64,000 nucleotides of DNA from an uncultured Ktedonobacterales bacterium (GTDB lineage Bacteria; Chloroflexota; DTOL01; DAOUCN01): positions 588 through 64,587 of the forward strand of contig CAYOEZ010000003.1 of NCBI GenBank assembly GCA_964402955.1, read 5' to 3'. Shown piece by piece: positions 26,490 to 35,072 of this stretch. The first letter of the stretch is position 1. Every line of letters starts with the position of its first letter. The translations under genes and the position numbers were made by a program. The notes under the pieces were generated by a model. The model saw nothing but the letters and a program-made list of their open reading frames with translations. It searched no databases and had not been told where the DNA came from.

Positions 26490-27176
26490 CTATTCTTTCA
26501 TATACTCATCGAGTAGGCGCAGAAACGTGGCATCGGCGCGCAGATGGTCGAGATCGCGTGAGCGAATGGTGTGGATGTTGCTGCGTGTGGTGTGCAGAGC
26601 GGTCGCCAGCATGCCATCGTCCCAGTCATTCAGAAACCCGCGAATCAACACGATTTTCGATTTGTCACTCAGCACGGAATGGCCGGCGATGCCATCGGTG
26701 AGAAGCTCAACAAGCTCGCGACGCGAAAAATGCGCGTCGGGCAAGTTTTCCGGAATATCAGCGATGGTGTCCTGCAACTGGCCGCCCGACTCGCGTATCT
26801 CATCGAGGCTGTTCTGCCTGCCCAGGGGAATGCGACGGCGGCGCGCAATCTGGGCTGCGGCAGCGGCGCCGGCCTGCTCCCCGCCGAGCCCGACTCCGAG
26901 CCGCCGGCACGAGTCGTACACCTTGTTGATGACGACGCGCGCCGACCAGCTCAGGAAACGATCGGGGTCTTCCACCCCATCCAGGCTCTGCCAGACGGTG
27001 ATCAGCGCTTCTTGTGAGCAGTCTTCCGCCAGGTCATGGAGCTGGGCGCGGTCACGCACCAGGTTGTAGGCAACCTGGTACAGGTAGCGGCCCAGGGTCT
27101 GAAACGCCTCCACCTGCGCCTGCCCGCCGGACCGGCAGGCTTCGTAGAGCTTCCGTCCATCGATTGGCACTGCCAT
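26490..27176 (-). CDS. ECF-type RNA polymerase sigma factor (sigma-70 regions 2 and 4)
   Basis: Region 2 is ..DCSQEALITVWQ..PDRFLSWSARVVINK. Region 4 HTH is ..MLATALHTTRSNIHTIRSR. ATG at 27176 has a GGAGAG SD and lies downstream of the predicted -10. The track TTG at 27224 coincides with the -35. Confidence 0.85.
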   Translation of the reverse strand: MAVPIDGRKLYEACRSGGQAQVEAFQTLGRYLYQVAYNLVRDRAQLHDLAEDCSQEALITVWQSLDGVEDPDRFLSWSARVVINKVYDSCRRLGVGLGGEQAGAAAAAQIARRRRIPLGRQNSLDEIRESGGQLQDTIADIPENLPDAHFSRRELVELLTDGIAGHSVLSDKSKIVLIRGFLNDWDDGMLATALHTTRSNIHTIRSRDLDHLRADATFLRLLDEYMKE

Positions 27177-27194
27177 CCGTCTCTCCGCGCGGGC

Positions 27195-27224
27195 AGTATA
27201 GCACATTTGCACAGTGAGCGGCAA
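27195..27224 (-). promoter_or_regulatory. Promoter of the sigma operon (TTGCCG-18-TATACT with TGC extended -10)
   Basis: -10 at 27195-27200 and -35 at 27219-27224 on the minus strand. Confidence 0.45.
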
Positions 27225-27262
27225 GGGAGTAATCGACCTCTCTACCCCAAAGCCTTTCCCTG

Positions 27263-27271
27263 TGCTATAAT
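27263..27271 (+). promoter_or_regulatory. Extended -10 promoter element (TGCTATAAT) for the M50 protease gene
   Basis: TGnTATAAT at 27263-27271, 34 nt upstream of GTG 27305. AAAGGAG SD. Confidence 0.45.
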
Positions 27272-27304
27272 AGAAGGGGGCAACCTATCTCTGGCCAAAG
27301 GAGC

Positions 27305-28411
27305 GTGTCCGTGGCGACCAATGATTCAGCAGCGGTCGAGAGCCTCAGCATTCGTTTAACTGAGGCTGTGCGCGATGTTTTTCGTGTTCAGGATGTCACC
27401 GTAGGCTTCGGGCCATACCACAGCGTCCGCTTGCGCGGCCGGCTGCTGGTTGACGCCAGCCTGGCCTATGATCGCATCAATCCCCGCTTTCAGACGATGG
27501 GGCAGACTCTCCTCTTGCGCAGCGAGGGCGACCTGCACACGATTGAGGCGCTGCCTGTCACCTTTCCGATGGTGAAACCGAATGTGCGGGTTGCATTCAT
27601 CCTCTTCATCGCAACGGTGCTCTCGACCATCTATGCCGGCTCGCAGTGGGCAAGTGAGCCAACGCTACAATCCCGCTTGTTCGCTGGCCTGACTTTCAGC
27701 GGTACCCTGATGCTCATCCTTGGCGCGCACGAGCTAGGCCACTACATTATGTCTCGCCGCGTGGGCACGCCGGCCACCCTGCCCTATTTTATCCCGCTGC
27801 CGATCTTTCTTTTCGGCACCATGGGCGCCTTCATCCAGATGAAGGCGCCGCCGCGCAATCGCCGCACGTTGCTGGCTGTCGCTGCAGCCGGACCTTTGGC
27901 TGGACTGGTCTTCTGCATCCCGCTTCTCTTCATCGGCCTGATGACGTCTTCCGTGAGCACTCAGCCGCCGGGACAATCATACTTGCAGGAAGGCAATTCG
28001 CTCCTCTACCTCCTGATGAAGTTCATCGTCTTTGGCAAATGGCTGCCAGCGAACGGACTGGACGTTTTCATCAACCCGGTTGCGATGGCTGGATGGGCCG
28101 GGTTGTTTGTCACCGGCATGAACCTGATTCCCGCCGGTCAGCTTGACGGTGGGCACATCATGTATGCGCTGATCGGCGCAAAAGCACGCTACGTCAGCTA
28201 TGCTGTGCTGGGCGTCATGCTGGTGTTGGCCCTGGTCGTTGACACGAACTGGCTGTTGTGGGTGGTCCTCGTCTATTTCCTTGCCCGCGGCGAGACCCCC
28301 CTCCTGGACACAATCACGGCGCTGACCCCCAGGCAACGCATCCTGGCCGCCGTGATGGTGATCGTCTTCATTCTTGTGTTCATCCCGCGTCCCTTCATTA
28401 TCGTCAACTAA
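27305..28411 (+). CDS. Site-2 protease family (peptidase M50) integral membrane metalloprotease
   Basis: [11 protein letters not shown] (HExxH) and [13 protein letters not shown] (NxxPxxxLDG) motifs. Multiple TM helices. Confidence 0.88.
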   Translation: MSVATNDSAAVESLSIRLTEAVRDVFRVQDVTVGFGPYHSVRLRGRLLVDASLAYDRINPRFQTMGQTLLLRSEGDLHTIEALPVTFPMVKPNVRVAFILFIATVLSTIYAGSQWASEPTLQSRLFAGLTFSGTLMLILGAHELGHYIMSRRVGTPATLPYFIPLPIFLFGTMGAFIQMKAPPRNRRTLLAVAAAGPLAGLVFCIPLLFIGLMTSSVSTQPPGQSYLQEGNSLLYLLMKFIVFGKWLPANGLDVFINPVAMAGWAGLFVTGMNLIPAGQLDGGHIMYALIGAKARYVSYAVLGVMLVLALVVDTNWLLWVVLVYFLARGETPLLDTITALTPRQRILAAVMVIVFILVFIPRPFIIVN

Positions 28412-28433
28412 CCGCCAGGAACAGGAGAAAAGC

Positions 28434-29516
28434 ATGAAAGGCTTCAACGGTTTACACATGGACATGGGTAACCTGTCGCTCCTCTCCAACGCCGCCACGC
28501 GCTCGATCAGCCCGGAGAACCGCAGCGGAGAGAAGGGCAAAGGCGGCATGGCTACTGAAGGCACCGGCGCAGACTGCGCCCGCGACCTGGGCCAGGGCTG
28601 GAAGATCTCACCCTCGCTGCGCATGCCGCCGCACAGTACGCTGACTCTCGCCGACATGCAGGGATCGGGCGCCATCCAGCAGATTTGGCTGACCGTCACG
28701 GGGCGCTGGCGCTACAGCATCCTGCGCATGTACTGGGATGGCGAGCAAACGCCGTCGGTTGAGGTTCCTGTTGGCGACTTCTTCTGCATGGGTTGGGGCC
28801 GTTATGCGCAGATCAACTCATTGCCTGTGACCGTCAACCCCGGCAGCGCCTTCAACTGCTACTGGGAGATGCCTTTCCGCAGTGGCGCACGCATCACCAT
28901 CGAGAATCTGGACGACGAGCAGCAGACGATCTACTACCAGATTAACTACACCCTGACCGATGTGCCCGACGACGCGGCCATGTTCCACGCTCAGTTCCGC
29001 CGCTCAAACCCATTGCCCTACAAAGAGGTGCATACGCTTCTTGACGGGGTACGCGGGCAGGGGCAGTATGTAGGGACGTACATGGCCTGGGGCGTGAACA
29101 ACACCGGCTGGTGGGGCGAGGGTGAGATCAAGTTCTACATGGATAACGACGGGGATTTCCCGACGATCTGCGGCACGGGCAGCGAGGACTACTTTGGCGG
29201 CTCCTACGACTTCGAGTACCCCCGTGGCGTGAGCTACTGCCCGTTCAGCGGTCCCTATACCGGCCTGCCCCAGGTGATCAACCCGAATACTCTGTATGAC
29301 TCGCAGATGCGCTTCGGCCTTTATCGTTGGCACATTACTGACCCGGTGCGCTTCCAGAAAGATCTGCGGGTAACGATGCAGGCGCTAGGGTGGCGCTCTG
29401 GCCACCGCTATCTGCCGCTGCAAGACGACATCGCCTCGACGGTCTTCTGGTATCAGAGCGAGCCGCACGCTCCCTTCCCCACGCTGCCGGAGCGCGATGG
29501 GCTGGAAGTGATCTAA
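28434..29516 (+). CDS. DUF2961 / GH172-family glycoside hydrolase
   Basis: MKGFNGL..SISPEN..GEKG.GG..WLTV....LRMYWDGE..PSVE.PVGDFF..GW.. and C-terminal ..GTGSEDYFGG. ATG at 28434 with an AGGAG SD. Confidence 0.85.
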   Translation: MKGFNGLHMDMGNLSLLSNAATRSISPENRSGEKGKGGMATEGTGADCARDLGQGWKISPSLRMPPHSTLTLADMQGSGAIQQIWLTVTGRWRYSILRMYWDGEQTPSVEVPVGDFFCMGWGRYAQINSLPVTVNPGSAFNCYWEMPFRSGARITIENLDDEQQTIYYQINYTLTDVPDDAAMFHAQFRRSNPLPYKEVHTLLDGVRGQGQYVGTYMAWGVNNTGWWGEGEIKFYMDNDGDFPTICGTGSEDYFGGSYDFEYPRGVSYCPFSGPYTGLPQVINPNTLYDSQMRFGLYRWHITDPVRFQKDLRVTMQALGWRSGHRYLPLQDDIASTVFWYQSEPHAPFPTLPERDGLEVI

Positions 29517-29533
29517 CAACAGCAGCAGATTCA

Positions 29534-29566
29534 AGACTTCCGAAGTCCCGGGGACTTCGAAAGTCT
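29534..29566 (+). terminator. Hairpin AGACTTCCGAAGTCCC/GGGACTTCGAAAGTCT after the GH172 gene
   Basis: 16-bp stem with one mismatch, 18 nt after the stop. Member of the GACTTCCGAAG hairpin family. Confidence 0.45.
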
Positions 29567-29593
29567 GGGCTATGTGGAGGGCATCCCGTGACG

Positions 29594-31759
29594 ATGGTTG
29601 AGCCCGGATCAAGGGTTTTCCTTGAGGACCTGCGCAGTCAGTTGACAGATCGCCTGGCTATCTTCCTCATGGCCAGCAGTGCGCTCTTGCTGTGGCTCAG
29701 TATGATCCAGCGGCCCTTCTTGCTCGTCTTTTTCGCCCTCCTGGCAGCGCTTCTTACCCTCGGCATTGCAACACGCAGCCTCCTCTCATCGTCGCCCGTT
29801 GCGGCCCGCCACCTCCTAGTCTGGGGACTCTGCGCTGGACTTGTCATCGCCATGTATCTCTTCCCAGACACCTGGCTGCCTTTCATTGGCCTACCTCTGA
29901 CGTTTGTCGGCGCACTGCTGGTATCAGGTGGCGGCCTGGCGACGGCAGGTATCGTTGCGGCCGCAGCCGTCTGGCTGGCAACCACCCTGGAGAGGGCGTA
30001 TACAACACCGGGGATCGTGATTGTCCTGGCTGTGGCTGTGGTCGTCGCCTGGCTGGCTGTGCGCACTGTCTACACAGCCCTGGAATGGGCCTATACGATG
30101 CAGCAACGGGCTGATGGCCTGCTTGAGGTGGCACGCGACCGCCAGGGTGAGCTGAACCGGGTGCTCAAGTCGCTCGATATGGCGAACACGCTCCTGCGCC
30201 GTACCCAGGGCGAGCTTGTTGGAGCGCGTAAGCATGCTGAGGAAGCACAGCTTATGAAGGAGCAGTTCGCAGCCAACATCAGCCATGAACTGCGCACGCC
30301 GCTCAACCTCATCCTGGGCTTCAGTGAGGTCATGTACCTCTCACCGGAAACATATGGCCCAATGCAGTGGCCGCCCAAGCTGCGCCGCTCCGTGCATCAA
30401 ATATACCACAATAGCAGGCACCTCTCGCAGATGATTGATGATATTCTTGATCTGTCGCGCTTTGAGATCGCGGGCTATACACTCAACAGAGAGACGACGC
30501 CTCTCAGCCAGTTGCTCATGGAAACGGTAACAATGGTCAGTGATATGTTTGCCGGCAGCCCTGTGCGCCTGGAAACGGACATTCCCGATAACCTGCCTGC
30601 CCTCATCCTTGACCGCACGCGCATCCGGCAGGTGCTGCTAAACCTCTTACGCAATGCCCATCGCTTCACAGAGCAAGGATACGTTCGGGTGAGTGCGAGA
30701 GTAGAGTCAGATCAGATAACGATCAGTGTCAGTGATACGGGGCCCGGCATTCCAGCCGACAAACAATCACGCATCTTTGAGGAATTCTACCAGGCCGACA
30801 CCTCACTGCGCCGTAAGCACGGCGGCGTGGGGTTGGGCCTGGCCATTAGCAAGCGCTTCGTCGAGGCCCACGGCGGACGTATCGGGGTGGAGAGCCATGA
30901 TGGCGCCGGCTCAACCTTCTTTTTCACGCTGCCGCTGATCGCTGATCCTGTGCTTGTGGCGTCGCCACACATGGAGGATCAGGCTGAAAAAAGCGCGCCC
31001 CTAACCCGTCCGACCCTTATGGTTGTCGAACAAGATAGCACGGTTGTCTCTCTGATTCGCAGAAACATCGAGGAGATGGACGTTGTTCAAATCGAAGACG
31101 CATCGGGCGTGGAAGAGAAAGTGAAGCTGTACCATCCGCATGCAGTCATCTTCAATCTGCCGCCAGGTGAGCATGCCGATATGGCCCGCCTGGCTCTGCC
31201 GGTGCCGGTCATCGAATGCTCGTTGCCCAGCCAATCCTGGGTAGCCAGCAGGCTCGCCGTGCGTTCCTGTCTGACCAAGCCTGTCTCTGCCAGCCAGCTT
31301 CTGCACGAGGTAGAGCGTGTGGGAAACGTACACAACGTGCTCGTTATCGACGATGAGCGTGGTTTCTGCCAACTGGTGACTGCGATGCTGCAGGAGCCTG
31401 CGCCCGATCTGCATGTGCGCCACGCTTACGACGGCGTGGAAGGGCTACGCAGCATGCACGCGCGCAAACCGGACCTGGTATTCCTCGATCTGGTGATGCC
31501 AGAAATGGATGGCCTGCGCGTGCTTGAGACAATGCGCTCGCAGCCCCAACTGGCCGATGTTCCTGTTGTCCTGGTAACTGCCACCAGCTACGTTGCAGAC
31601 ACACTGTCACAGATCGGAAAGCAGCTCACTGTACGCCGTGCTGATGGATTGTCCACGGCCGAGGTTCTACGCTGCCTGCACGCGCTGGCAGCACTGCTCC
31701 AACCCCACTATGACGAACAGGCAGTGCCCCAGGAGGCAATGGCCAGCCGAGATACGTAG
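29594..31759 (+). CDS. Membrane hybrid histidine kinase (multi-TM sensor, HisKA, HATPase, C-terminal REC)
   Basis: H-box FAANISHELRTPLN. DTGPGI and GGVGLGL boxes. REC motif VIDDE..DLVMPEMDG. Start is ATG 29594, or GTG 29588, which sits closer to the GGAGGG SD. Confidence 0.85.
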   Translation: MVEPGSRVFLEDLRSQLTDRLAIFLMASSALLLWLSMIQRPFLLVFFALLAALLTLGIATRSLLSSSPVAARHLLVWGLCAGLVIAMYLFPDTWLPFIGLPLTFVGALLVSGGGLATAGIVAAAAVWLATTLERAYTTPGIVIVLAVAVVVAWLAVRTVYTALEWAYTMQQRADGLLEVARDRQGELNRVLKSLDMANTLLRRTQGELVGARKHAEEAQLMKEQFAANISHELRTPLNLILGFSEVMYLSPETYGPMQWPPKLRRSVHQIYHNSRHLSQMIDDILDLSRFEIAGYTLNRETTPLSQLLMETVTMVSDMFAGSPVRLETDIPDNLPALILDRTRIRQVLLNLLRNAHRFTEQGYVRVSARVESDQITISVSDTGPGIPADKQSRIFEEFYQADTSLRRKHGGVGLGLAISKRFVEAHGGRIGVESHDGAGSTFFFTLPLIADPVLVASPHMEDQAEKSAPLTRPTLMVVEQDSTVVSLIRRNIEEMDVVQIEDASGVEEKVKLYHPHAVIFNLPPGEHADMARLALPVPVIECSLPSQSWVASRLAVRSCLTKPVSASQLLHEVERVGNVHNVLVIDDERGFCQLVTAMLQEPAPDLHVRHAYDGVEGLRSMHARKPDLVFLDLVMPEMDGLRVLETMRSQPQLADVPVVLVTATSYVADTLSQIGKQLTVRRADGLSTAEVLRCLHALAALLQPHYDEQAVPQEAMASRDT

Positions 31760-31821
31760 CAGAATGCGCAGCAAGAATATGCTGGCGCCGGATGACTGTG
31801 TTCAGCATCGTACAGCCTGTC

Positions 31822-32658
31822 TCACAACACCCCCATTTGTCGCAGTGCTGCCAGAACATCCTGCTGGCTCACCGCTTTTGTCAAGACATGGGATGCACCC
31901 AGAGAATAGGCCAGGTCGGGATTATTGATCACAGAACAGACGATAACAGGAATGCCATTTGTCTGTGGGTGGTTGCGCAGTCGCTGCAAAAACTCCCAGC
32001 CGTCCACATCCGGCATCATCACATCGAGGATGATGGCATCCGGCGGCGTTTCCTGCGCCAGAAGTAGGCCCTCACGGCCGCTGCGCGCCGTCAGTACGCG
32101 ACAGGCATGCCCGGCCAGATACGTTTCCATGAGTTCCAGGAAGCCTACGTTGTCATCAATCACCAGAATACTTGCACAGTGCGCCGCCATCCGGACATTG
32201 ATCACGCGTACGGGACCAGGGAACACTTCTTGCAAGATTTTCCACCCCAGCCGCTGCGCAAGTTGCGCAACCACAGCATTCCCCTCGGGCGCAGTCGCCT
32301 GCGCAGATTCTGGAGTATAGCTCACGGACAATGTTGCCTCCAAGCTATCGTTGGTCAGTGTCAGGTTGATAGGAACATTGGCAGACCGCGATACCGCCTG
32401 GCTGAGCGTATTGACCAGTATCTGCCGCGCAATGACGGGATCGGTTGACAACATCACCGGTTCCGCCGGGACATGAGAGGAAAAGCTTGTCTTTCTGCGC
32501 AGCGCCAGAGGCTGCACTGCAATAAGCGCGTGATCAAGAAGCAGCCTTAGATCCTGAGTCTCAGGGCGTAAATCAAGAGGCTCAATCTCAGTTTGAATAG
32601 AGGTCGCGGGTGATGGCGTTGGCTCCGTCTTGGCATGTGCCCACTGCAAAAAGGTCAT
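31822..32658 (-). CDS. Degenerate kinase-like (N-box only, no H-box, no G-boxes) domain fused to a REC receiver domain
   Basis: STDPVIARQILVNTLSQAV resembles an HATPase N-box, but DxGxG/GxGL are absent. C-terminal REC motif VIDDN..DVMMPDVDGW..K. Confidence 0.8.
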   Translation of the reverse strand: MTFLQWAHAKTEPTPSPATSIQTEIEPLDLRPETQDLRLLLDHALIAVQPLALRRKTSFSSHVPAEPVMLSTDPVIARQILVNTLSQAVSRSANVPINLTLTNDSLEATLSVSYTPESAQATAPEGNAVVAQLAQRLGWKILQEVFPGPVRVINVRMAAHCASILVIDDNVGFLELMETYLAGHACRVLTARSGREGLLLAQETPPDAIILDVMMPDVDGWEFLQRLRNHPQTNGIPVIVCSVINNPDLAYSLGASHVLTKAVSQQDVLAALRQMGVL

Positions 32659-33197
32659 CAGACTTCGCCTGGTGGGGAGACGGCATCAAAACGACGTGCC
32701 TTGGATGCCATTTCGGCCCTAATGAGGCTATTTCGGGTCACTAAATGGGGCAAATGCTCAGTTCGATCGACCATTTGACCTTCTTGCAGTGGGCACTTGG
32801 CATTGCCAGCACAGTGGGCCCAGAGAATAGCAGCGATGCTCTGCTCACCATGCGTCAAGTCACGGTGTGCCTGCCGGCGCGAGATACCTAGCTCATGCGC
32901 CGTTTCCACAATGGTCATGCTCTCAACATAATGGAAGACAAGCAAGTGGTAGAACCGGGCACGAGGCGAGCGAAAGGGAACATTGCGTCCGGGGTTTAGT
33001 GATTCAATCGCCGATATTAACTCGCGTCGCAATCGCTGGCCAGGAGTCTCCGCCCCGGATGCGGCGCCACCGGGCAGTTTCTGAGCTAATGGATGGCGCT
33101 CGATCAGCGGGAAATCATAGAGGTGATTGAGGGCATCCTTGACCTGGGCGACAAACTCAGGCGCAGGGCTTACTTGCCTGGGGGCATCCATACTCAT
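32658..33197 (-). CDS. Sigma-70 region-4-like HTH protein (no region 2)
   Basis: HTH MTIVETAHELGISRRQAHRDL. Its stop overlaps the next gene start by 1 nt (TGATG). ATG at 33197 is chosen over the track start at 33275. Confidence 0.6.
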   Translation of the reverse strand: MSMDAPRQVSPAPEFVAQVKDALNHLYDFPLIERHPLAQKLPGGAASGAETPGQRLRRELISAIESLNPGRNVPFRSPRARFYHLLVFHYVESMTIVETAHELGISRRQAHRDLTHGEQSIAAILWAHCAGNAKCPLQEGQMVDRTEHLPHLVTRNSLIRAEMASKARRFDAVSPPGEV

Positions 33198-33605
33198 GTG
33201 ATCCGTGCGGTCCACACCGTCTCTCCTCTCGCTCGGCCACAGCGATGGCACACCTGTGTCACACTCATGTCTCACTCATGGAACAAGAAGCGTAGACAGC
33301 GGCCTGACCGGCACTCTATAATACCAATACAACTGCTCGGTCTGGGTGCCTATCAATCTCTTCATCGAGCCAGGTCCACTTGGTCAAGCATACACTTACA
33401 TTTCTGCCCTGTCAAGACTCCCCAGGCCTGTAAGAGCATTTGGTGCACGGCGGTCTCGACATTGGGCTGGCGCCACAAGGTAAGGATTGAACCAGATAGG
33501 CGGACGTGAAGGAGGTGACGCTCTGGCAAGATATGACGGTCGGAGTCATCGCAGTTTCCACGTTGATCTCTAGAATCTCTGCCATGTACGTAGGAGGAGG
33601 ATAAC

Positions 33606-34979
33606 ATGGATAGCAAAGGTATGAGCCGCCGTGGTTTCTTGCGGCTGTCGGCGGCCAGCCTGGCTGGCGCCGCGCTGGCTGCCTGTGGGGCCGCGCCGAC
33701 GCCCACCCCGGCCCCTGTGGCCACAGCAACAAAGGCCCCGGCTACTGCTGCGCCGACGGCTGTTCCGGCCGCCCCGGCCAAGAAGGTGTCGCTCAAGTTC
33801 CTGCAATGGAATGGCGGCGACCACCTCGCCTGGATCGAGAAAACGCTCATTCCCGGGTTCCTGAAGGAGACACCCACGGTCGAGAAGATCGATCTCGTCA
33901 CCACAGATACAGGAAAGGTGAATGAGGTCCTGCTGGCGGCCTTCGCTGCGGGCGATCCTTACGACGTGTTTGAGCACGGCTCAGCGGCGTCGGGCGCCAG
34001 TTGGGCAGCATCGGGCCAGACGTTGCCCCTCGACGAGTTCTTCGCTGCCCTGCCGGACAAGGCCGACTACTATGATGTCGCCATCAAGACATCCATGTAC
34101 AAGGGCAAACTGTACTCGCTTCCCAGAATCGTCACCCCAACTGCTCTCGTCTACCGCAAGGACTGGTTTAAGGAAGCCGGCCTCGATCCTGCCAAACCGC
34201 CGACCACATGGGATGAACTGCGCCAGTACGCTAAAGCTCTGACCAAAACGTCCGGCGATAAGATCACGCGCGCTGGCTACTGGACTCCGAGTTCAAGCTG
34301 GGATGGCATTCAGAGCGGCTGGTTCAATTACCTGCACCAGAACGGCGTCAGTATCCTGAGCGATGACCTAACGAAGACCAACTTCGACAACGAGGCCGGA
34401 TTCCTGGCGATGAACTTCTACCACGATCTGCTCTGGAAGGACAAGGTGGATGTTCTCGGCGGCCTGCCGACAGGCATCGCCGGTAATCCGGTTGCTGTGG
34501 GCACGGCTGCAATGGGCATCGGCAACGCGGGCATGCTTCCCGTCCTGCGCAAGAACTTCCCCGATGTCCTGCCGCAGATTGCTGTGGTTGCACCCACGAG
34601 CAAGGCCCGGCCAGGCTGCATCCTGGCCGTAGACCGTACATTCCTCGCCGCCAAGTCCAAGTCGCCCGACCAGGCCTGGAAATTCATGGCCTACAAGAAC
34701 CGGCTCGACAACCTGACCGAATGCTTCAAGGTTAATCCCGGGGCGCTGCCACCGCTAAAGAGCTTCATGCAAAGCGACGTGGTGAAGAATGATGCCTTGC
34801 TGCCGCTGTTCCTCAAGAATATCGAGGTCGGCTATCAGTGGCCGGGTACGCCCAAGTGGAATGACATTCGTTCGTACTTCACTACCATGAGTGACGGTTT
34901 CATGGCGCAAGCTGGCGCAGTTGACCAGTTTGTCAAGGACGGAGCCAAGGAAATCAACGCCATTCTATCCAAGGTGTAG
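33606..34979 (+). CDS. Sugar ABC transporter substrate-binding protein (family 1), Tat/lipoprotein signal
   Basis: MSRRGFLRLSAASLAGAALAACG lipobox. GGAGGAGG SD. Confidence 0.9.
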   Translation: MDSKGMSRRGFLRLSAASLAGAALAACGAAPTPTPAPVATATKAPATAAPTAVPAAPAKKVSLKFLQWNGGDHLAWIEKTLIPGFLKETPTVEKIDLVTTDTGKVNEVLLAAFAAGDPYDVFEHGSAASGASWAASGQTLPLDEFFAALPDKADYYDVAIKTSMYKGKLYSLPRIVTPTALVYRKDWFKEAGLDPAKPPTTWDELRQYAKALTKTSGDKITRAGYWTPSSSWDGIQSGWFNYLHQNGVSILSDDLTKTNFDNEAGFLAMNFYHDLLWKDKVDVLGGLPTGIAGNPVAVGTAAMGIGNAGMLPVLRKNFPDVLPQIAVVAPTSKARPGCILAVDRTFLAAKSKSPDQAWKFMAYKNRLDNLTECFKVNPGALPPLKSFMQSDVVKNDALLPLFLKNIEVGYQWPGTPKWNDIRSYFTTMSDGFMAQAGAVDQFVKDGAKEINAILSKV

Positions 34980-35072
34980 GCTCGCGCGGGGAGGGGTATG
35001 GACATCGTTCGCGTCGATGCGCCTCCCCCGTTTGTCATCTCCACGTTATGGGGTCCTCAGAGGGAGGATTGC

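Noticed and set aside
27222-27224. TTG start for the sigma factor as listed in the ORF track
   Set aside because: This TTG is the first half of the predicted -35 hexamer (TTGCCG). ATG at 27176 lies downstream of the -10 and has a GGAGAG SD.
33533-33604. 23-codon upstream ORF (MTVGVIAVSTLISRISAMYVGGG) ending 2 nt before the sugar-binding-protein start
   Set aside because: Its GGAGG lies ~17 nt from the ATG, which is too far. It is short and hydrophobic with no supporting signal, and is probably a chance ORF in the leader.
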